From IMG/VR virus record IMGVR_UViG_3300042196_000046, positions 1 to 51,088 of that record: 51,088 bases of DNA; one strand, 5' to 3'. The notes beneath the pieces are model-generated. The model did not search any database. It saw nothing but the letters and a program-made list of their open reading frames with translations, and was not told the DNA's origin. The position numbers and the translations under genes are program-made. The stretch is from a virus (taxonomy: Duplodnaviria; Caudoviricetes). Numbering within the stretch: position 1 is the stretch's first letter; the number at the start of each line of letters is the position of its first letter. This document shows positions 45,450 to 51,088 of the stretch, piece after piece.

Positions 45450-45677
45450 ATGGCCGCCATCGAGATCCCCGTCTACATCAACGACCGCGAGGCCTTGGTC
45501 GACCTGGCTGACCCGCGGCTGCCATATCCCCACGCGGACCCGGTGGCCTCCCTGTTCCGCCTGCGCGAGGCTGGCTTCATCAACCCCGACAACAGCCTCA
45601 CTCCCAAGGGCGAAGCCGCCCTGCCCCACTGCCGCCGGAAGCAGGACACCTGCCCCTTCTCGGGGAAGGCCCGATGA
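45450..45677 (+). CDS. Hypothetical protein (leader gene of packaging operon)
   Basis: AAGGAG SD; ATGA-coupled to the methyltransferase. Confidence 0.65.
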   Translation: MAAIEIPVYINDREALVDLADPRLPYPHADPVASLFRLREAGFINPDNSLTPKGEAALPHCRRKQDTCPFSGKAR

Positions 45678-46372
45678 TCACTCTGGACGCCCTGCGGGGC
45701 GCGAGCTACGGCGCCATCCTGGCGGACCCGCCGTGGCGCTTCGCTACCTGGAGCGACAAGGGACGCGGGCGCTGCCCGGACGGTATGTCGAGCGGGCAGT
45801 TCCGCCACTACGAGACCATGACCCTGGACGCCATCAAGGCCTTGCCGGTGGCCGATGTCGCAGCGCAGGACTGCGCCCTGTTCTTATGGGTGACGGAGCC
45901 GATGCTGGAGCACGGCCTTGCGGTCGGCAAGGCCTGGGGCTTCACCTACAAGACCAAGGCGTTCTGCTGGGCGAAGCGCACCAAGCACGGGAAGTGGCAC
46001 ATCGGGACCGGCCACTGGACACGCGCCAATCCCGAGGACTGCCTGCTGTTCACTCGCGGCAAGCCCAAGCGTCTCTCGTGCGCGGTGCGCGAGCTGATCG
46101 AGGCTCCTGTCCGCGAGCACTCCCGCAAGCCGGACGAGATCTACGACCGCATCGAAGCCCTGGTCGCCGGACCGTATCTCGAGCTGTTCGCGCGCACGCG
46201 CCGCGATGGCTGGGCTCAGTGGGGGAACCAGGCCGACAAGTTCTCTCCCGCCTCGCCTCCCACCCCGCCCAAGCCGACCGCGGCTGAGCTCTCCCGCCGC
46301 TACCTTGGCGCGGACGTCAAGCACATCCCGCCCCTGCCGGGGCAGCTGGACATGCTGGCGGCAGATGGCTGA
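45674..46372 (+). CDS. MT-A70 family adenine methyltransferase
   Basis: ILADPPW, HYETM, LFLWVT, WGFTYKT, HSRKP, YLELFAR..GWAQWGNQ. Confidence 0.93.
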   Translation: MITLDALRGASYGAILADPPWRFATWSDKGRGRCPDGMSSGQFRHYETMTLDAIKALPVADVAAQDCALFLWVTEPMLEHGLAVGKAWGFTYKTKAFCWAKRTKHGKWHIGTGHWTRANPEDCLLFTRGKPKRLSCAVRELIEAPVREHSRKPDEIYDRIEALVAGPYLELFARTRRDGWAQWGNQADKFSPASPPTPPKPTAAELSRRYLGADVKHIPPLPGQLDMLAADG

Positions 46373-48881
46373 CCCCAAGCCCTCACAGGAGGAACAGCTT
46401 CGCGCACAGCTGCGCGTGGTCGAGCGCACGTTGCGCGTGAAGCGCGCACGCGACAGCCTGATGGACTTCACTTGCCTGACGATGCCTGACCCGGCGGACA
46501 TCGAGGACGCCACGCTCTCGCGCTACCGTCCGGCCACGCACCACTATGCGATCGTCGAAGCGCTCGAGATGCTGGAGCGCGGCGAGATCCTGCGGCTGAT
46601 CATTTGCCTGCCCCCGCGGCACGGCAAGGCGCTCGAGGTTGACACGCCAATCCCAACCCCGGATGGATGGCGCGAGATCGGTCAGCTAAAGATCGGAGAT
46701 TTGGTCTTCAACGAGACGGGGGAGGCGGCCCGAGTATTGGCGACCAGTCGCGTCATGCGCAAGAGGCCGGTCTACAGGGTCACGACTGACGATGGCCATT
46801 GCGTGGTGGCGGATGCTGAGCATGAGTGGTTTGTTCGTCTTTGTCGTAAGTACAAGACTTTCAGCGTCAAAACCACCAAATACCTCGCCGAGCGCACTTG
46901 CGATCGACGCCCGCTTGTAGCGCCGCACGGCGCTCTGCGCCTGCCTGAAGCAGACGTGCCGATCGACCCCTACGTCTTGGGTGTGTGGCTGGGCGATGGC
47001 TGCACGCATCACGCCACGATCACCGCGGACGATGGCGATGCCGCTTTCATCCGGGCGGAAATCGAGCGCCGCGGCTTTCGTACGTCCGATCGCGCCACAG
47101 ACAAGACCTTCGGCGTCCTTGGGTTGCAAGCTCCACTCCGCCAGGCTGGGCTGTTGGGGCGCAAGTTCGTCCCACCCGCCTATCTGCGCGCGTCCGAGGG
47201 GCAGCGCCGAGACCTCCTGCGCGGCCTGATCGACACGGATGGTCATGTTGCTCCAGACGGCCAGGTTGAGTTCTGCAACACCAACCATGAACTCGCGCAA
47301 GCTGTGCGTGAGCTGGTTCACAGCCTGGGGCATAAGGCCAGCCTGATCGAGGGGCGCGCCATGCTGGGCGGGCGCGACTGTGGCGCGAAGTGGCGTGTCA
47401 TGTTCTACGCCGCCGATGTCGCGCTCTTGCCCCGCAAGGCAGCCAAATGCAGGGACGGCACTCGTTCTCCGGGGCGCTTCCTGTCGTTTGAGCCGTGCGG
47501 GCTGGCAGATACTGTCTGTATCCAAGTCGAAGGTGGGATGTTTTTGGCCGGCGCTGGCATGGTGCCGACGCACAACAGCGAATTATCCAGCCGTCGGCTG
47601 ATCCCCTGGTTCGCCGGGCGCGACCCGTACCGCGAGATCATCTTCTCGACCTACTCCCAGGAGTTCGCCGACGACTTCGGCCGCTCATGGCGCGGGATCA
47701 TCGACCAGGCGGTGTTCCGGCAGATCTTCCCCGGCCTCGCCCTCCGCAAGGACTCCCGCGCGGTCGACCGGATGGAGCTCGCCATCAACGGCAACCCGAG
47801 CGGCGGGGCCTTGGTGGCGGTCGGCGCGGGAGGCGCGGTGACCGGCCGCGGCGCCGATCTACTCGCCCTGGACGACATCTTCAAGAACTTCCAGGAAGCC
47901 GATAGCCCGACGATCCGCGAGCAGCGCTGGAAGTGGTTCATCGAGGACGCGATGACCCGCCTGATGCCTGGCGGGCGCGTGGTCATCACCATGACGCGCC
48001 GCCACGAGGACGACATCGTGGGCCGCCTGGTCGACCCAGCCAACGAACACTATGACGCGGACGAGGCCGCTTCATGGACGGTCCTCGAGCTGCCCGCCAT
48101 CAAGGACGGCAAGGCGCTCTGGCCGGAGCGCTATCCGATGGAGACGCTGCTCCCGATCCAGCGCCGCGACCCGCGCAGCTTCGCCGCGCTCTACCAGCAG
48201 AAGCCGGCGCCCGACGACGGCATGTACTTCAAGCGCGAGCAGATCCTGGGCTACCGGCCCGACGAGCTGCCGAAGAACCTCCGCAAGTACGCCGCCAGCG
48301 ACCACGCGCTGACCACCAAGCAGGAGAACGACGCCACCTGCATGGGCGCCTTCGGGGTCGACCAGGGCGACCACATCTGGATCTTGCCGGACCTGGTGTG
48401 GGAGCGGATGGAGACAGACAAGACGCTCGAGGAAATGATAGCTTTGATGGTGCGCCATCGCCCCCTGGTGTGGTGGGCGGAAGACGAGCATATCAACAAG
48501 TCCCTCGGCCCGTTCCGCCGCAAGCGGATGCAGGAAGAGAAGGTTTACACGACGGTCGACGGCATCCCGTCGGTCCGTGATCTTCGTGCCCGCGCCCGCT
48601 CGATCCAGGGCCGCATGGCCATGAAGATGGTTCACTTCCCCACGTTCGCGCCGTGGTGGCCGGATGCCCAGCATGAGCTGCTGCGCTTCCCGGCAGGCAC
48701 GCACGACGATTTCGTGTCCTTCATGGCCCTGGTCGGACTGGGGATGGACATGGAGGTTGCCGCCCCCCTCCCCAAAGCCGAGGGCAACGTGATCCGCCCG
48801 CGCTCCTGGGCGTGGCTCAAGGCATCCGACGAGGAGCGTCGTCGCCAGGAACAGCAGAGAAAGGCCGCAGCAGGATGGTAA
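46365..48881 (+). CDS. terL: Terminase large subunit, intein-containing
   Basis: PPRHGK|S Walker A split by the intein, TGRGADLLALDD Walker B, ALYQQKP, FPAGTHDDFV nuclease end. Confidence 0.93.
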   Translation: MADPKPSQEEQLRAQLRVVERTLRVKRARDSLMDFTCLTMPDPADIEDATLSRYRPATHHYAIVEALEMLERGEILRLIICLPPRHGKALEVDTPIPTPDGWREIGQLKIGDLVFNETGEAARVLATSRVMRKRPVYRVTTDDGHCVVADAEHEWFVRLCRKYKTFSVKTTKYLAERTCDRRPLVAPHGALRLPEADVPIDPYVLGVWLGDGCTHHATITADDGDAAFIRAEIERRGFRTSDRATDKTFGVLGLQAPLRQAGLLGRKFVPPAYLRASEGQRRDLLRGLIDTDGHVAPDGQVEFCNTNHELAQAVRELVHSLGHKASLIEGRAMLGGRDCGAKWRVMFYAADVALLPRKAAKCRDGTRSPGRFLSFEPCGLADTVCIQVEGGMFLAGAGMVPTHNSELSSRRLIPWFAGRDPYREIIFSTYSQEFADDFGRSWRGIIDQAVFRQIFPGLALRKDSRAVDRMELAINGNPSGGALVAVGAGGAVTGRGADLLALDDIFKNFQEADSPTIREQRWKWFIEDAMTRLMPGGRVVITMTRRHEDDIVGRLVDPANEHYDADEAASWTVLELPAIKDGKALWPERYPMETLLPIQRRDPRSFAALYQQKPAPDDGMYFKREQILGYRPDELPKNLRKYAASDHALTTKQENDATCMGAFGVDQGDHIWILPDLVWERMETDKTLEEMIALMVRHRPLVWWAEDEHINKSLGPFRRKRMQEEKVYTTVDGIPSVRDLRARARSIQGRMAMKMVHFPTFAPWWPDAQHELLRFPAGTHDDFVSFMALVGLGMDMEVAAPLPKAEGNVIRPRSWAWLKASDEERRRQEQQRKAAAGW
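46629..47576 (+). mobile_element. Intein (316 aa, class-3-type) with LAGLIDADG homing endonuclease
   Basis: Starts ALEVDTPIPTPDGW, ends VPTHN|S; PYVLGVWLGDG and DLLRGLIDTDG motifs. Confidence 0.92.
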
Positions 48882-49045
48882 CCTTGGCCCAGCTCCGCAA
48901 GGCTTTGGCCGTCTTCTTCTTCGGCCAGGACATGGTTGCGCGCGAGGACTATGACAGCCTCGAGATGCGGCTCGCCATCGCTGAGGTTCGCGCCCTCAAG
49001 GCCGCGCAGAAGATCGAGGAAGCCGTCGCCCTACTGGACGAGTAA
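48875..49045 (+). CDS. Small hypothetical protein
   Basis: 56 aa ORF between terL and portal, overlapping the terL stop. Confidence 0.5.
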   Translation: MVTLAQLRKALAVFFFGQDMVAREDYDSLEMRLAIAEVRALKAAQKIEEAVALLDE

Positions 49046-49051
49046 ACCGCC

Positions 49052-51088
49052 GTGGAAGACACCGCCGCCCAAGACTCCGTCATCCCCCGCGAGGTTCCCA
49101 AGCCGGAGCCTGGCCGGGCTGAGCTGATCAGCCTGTGGCAGAAGCGCATTGAAGCCGCGAAGAAGCACTTCAAGGACGACTTCGAGGCCATGCGCGCGGA
49201 CATGGAGTTCGCCCGCCTGGGCGCCGACAAGACGTGGGCCAAGGCTGGCAAGTACGTGGCCAACCTTGCCCTGCGGGTGGCGAGCCGCAAGGTGGCCGAT
49301 CTCTACGCGCGCAACCCGCGGGCCGTGGCGCGCCGCGCAGAGCGCGTCGAGCACCAGATCTGGGACGGCACGCCCGAGTCGCTGATGATGGCGCAGCAGG
49401 CCCTGACGATGGGCGTCATGGACCCCGCAGCGATGGCTGTCGTCCAGGAGGTCCAGGAAGTCAAGCTGCGGCGGGCCATGCTCGATCGGGTCGGCAAGAC
49501 TCTCGAGATCATGTTCCACTACTACCTCAACGAGCAGGAGCCCAGCTTCAAGATCCAGGCCAAGCAGCTGGTGCGGCGCGTCGTGACGTGCGGCGTGGGC
49601 TACGTCGAGCTCGGCGTGATGCGGACGATGGAACCGCGGCCGGAAGTCGAGGCCCAGCTGAACGACGTGGCCCGCCAGCTGGCCGAGATCGAGGCCATCA
49701 CCGCCGACTTGGCGGACGGCGAGATCCAGCAGGACACCGCTCGCGCCGAGGAGTTGCGTGTCACCCTGGAAGCCCTGCAGGCGCAGGCCGAGGTGATCAC
49801 GCACGAGGGCCTGTTGTTCATGTTCCCGCGGGCAACCGAAATCATCGTGGACCCGAAGTGCCGGCAGCTCAAGGGCTTCATCGGGGCCGACTGGATCGCC
49901 GGCGAGATGATGATGCACCCGGATAGGGTCAAGGCGCTCTACAAGATCGACCTCGGCAAGAGCGTGACGCGTTACCAGCCGGACAACCCCGCCTTGCGCG
50001 TGTCGAACGCCAACCACGAGGCGGCCGAGGCTGAGGCCGGGCTGGTTCGGCTCTACAAGGTCCAGGACAAGCTGACCGGCTCCATGTTCACGATCGCTGA
50101 GGGGCATCCGGACTACATCTTGCCGCCGGCGCCGCCGGACATCCAACTCGAGCGCTTTTTCAGCGTGTTCTCGCTGACCTTCAACGACATCGAGGACGAC
50201 TGCAAGCTGTACCCGCCGAGCGACATCCGGCTGATGATGGACCCGCAGCTCGAGCACAACCGCGCCCGCCAGGGGCTGCGCGAGCACCGGGTCGCCAACC
50301 GGCCCAAGTACCTCACCGCGCGCGGGCAGCTCGAGGAAACCGACAAGAAGGCCCTGCAGTCGACGGAAGCGCATGTCGTGATCGAGCTGAACGCGCTGCA
50401 GCCGGGCCAGCCGGCCGACAGCCTGCTGCAGGCGCTCAAGATGCATGGCATCGACCCGGCGATGTACGACACCACGCCGGCGATCGACGACATCATGCGG
50501 ACCACCGGCGCCCAGGACGCCAACCTGGGCGGCCTGCAGGGCACCACGGCGACCGAGAGCAGCATCGCCGAGCAGAGCCGGGTGTCGAGCATCGCGTCCA
50601 ACGTCGACGACCTGGACGACCTTCTGACCGAGCTGGCGCGCGCCGCAGGGCAGGCGATGCTGCAGCACCTCGGCCCGGATCAGGTCAAGCAGATCGCCGG
50701 CCCCGGCGCCATCTGGCCGGAATGGACCTCGGCCGAGATCGCCAACGAGATCTACCTGACGGTGCGCGCCGGCAGCGCCGGCCGCCCGAACCGCGCCCAG
50801 GAGCTCGCCAACATCGAGCGCGTTGGGCCGCTCATCGTCCAGGTGCCGGGCGTCAACCCGACGTGGTTCGCCCGCAAGCTGCTCGAGCGCATGGACGACA
50901 GCGACCTGGACCTGGAGGAGGCGATCGCCGAGGGCATGCCCAGCATGATCGCCATGAACTCCATGGCTGGCGGCGCGAGCGGCCCCGCTCCTGGCTCGCC
51001 CGGCCAGGGCGAAGGCCCCGACAGCGACCCCAACGCCCAAGGCGGCCAGGGCGCTCAGAACGCGCCGCGGCCCGACCGCAACGAGCCT
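49052..51088 (+). CDS. Portal protein, 5' part (continues across the join to stop at 220; about 693 aa total)
   Basis: Open frame from GTG 49052 (VEDTAAQDSVIPREVPKPEPGRAELISLWQKRIEAAKKHFKDDF...) to the window end, in frame with ORF 23..220. It sits between terL and scaffold, and is absent from the ORF track because it runs off the end. Confidence 0.85.
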   Translation, partial: MEDTAAQDSVIPREVPKPEPGRAELISLWQKRIEAAKKHFKDDFEAMRADMEFARLGADKTWAKAGKYVANLALRVASRKVADLYARNPRAVARRAERVEHQIWDGTPESLMMAQQALTMGVMDPAAMAVVQEVQEVKLRRAMLDRVGKTLEIMFHYYLNEQEPSFKIQAKQLVRRVVTCGVGYVELGVMRTMEPRPEVEAQLNDVARQLAEIEAITADLADGEIQQDTARAEELRVTLEALQAQAEVITHEGLLFMFPRATEIIVDPKCRQLKGFIGADWIAGEMMMHPDRVKALYKIDLGKSVTRYQPDNPALRVSNANHEAAEAEAGLVRLYKVQDKLTGSMFTIAEGHPDYILPPAPPDIQLERFFSVFSLTFNDIEDDCKLYPPSDIRLMMDPQLEHNRARQGLREHRVANRPKYLTARGQLEETDKKALQSTEAHVVIELNALQPGQPADSLLQALKMHGIDPAMYDTTPAIDDIMRTTGAQDANLGGLQGTTATESSIAEQSRVSSIASNVDDLDDLLTELARAAGQAMLQHLGPDQVKQIAGPGAIWPEWTSAEIANEIYLTVRAGSAGRPNRAQELANIERVGPLIVQVPGVNPTWFARKLLERMDDSDLDLEEAIAEGMPSMIAMNSMAGGASGPAPGSPGQGEGPDSDPNAQGGQGAQNAPRPDRNEP
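50914..51088. repeat. Terminal direct repeat, copy 2 (circular assembly overlap)
   Basis: 175-bp copy of bases 1-175 with one mismatch. Confidence 0.97.

Noticed and set aside
49031-51040. 669-aa minus-strand ORF
   Set aside because: Antisense shadow of the portal gene, expected with strong GC3 bias.

Overview
This window is an essentially complete, circularly permuted genome of a GC-rich temperate podovirus-like phage. Its unit length is about 50,913 bp: bases 1-175 recur at 50914-51088 with one mismatch, and the overlap cuts through the portal gene. The host is probably an alphaproteobacterium, inferred from the HTH regulator and hypothetical-protein families. The + strand carries terS, an MT-A70 methyltransferase, terL with a class-3-type LAGLIDADG intein, portal, scaffold, major capsid and fibre genes. 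It continues with a lysis region containing an Acb2 anti-CBASS homologue and a RyR-domain protein, short-tail and ejection genes, and a separately promoted nucleotide-hydrolase cassette. It ends with a large adsorption region that includes two signal-peptide-bearing PL1 pectate-lyase paralogues and a PL14-like protein. The - strand carries the replication/recombination module (RusA, Cas4-like exonuclease, SF2 helicase, SSB, Sak4-like ATPase, primase-helicase) and an iteron-rich origin candidate. A divergent switch drives repressor-xis-integrase. The most striking unexplained element is a small non-coding unit at about 39928-40031 with a promoter, a hairpin and a terminator. Its loop is perfectly antisense to the Shine-Dalgarno/start regions of three distant phage genes, which suggests a trans-acting sRNA regulon. 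All product calls come from motif recognition by eye; no database searches were run.
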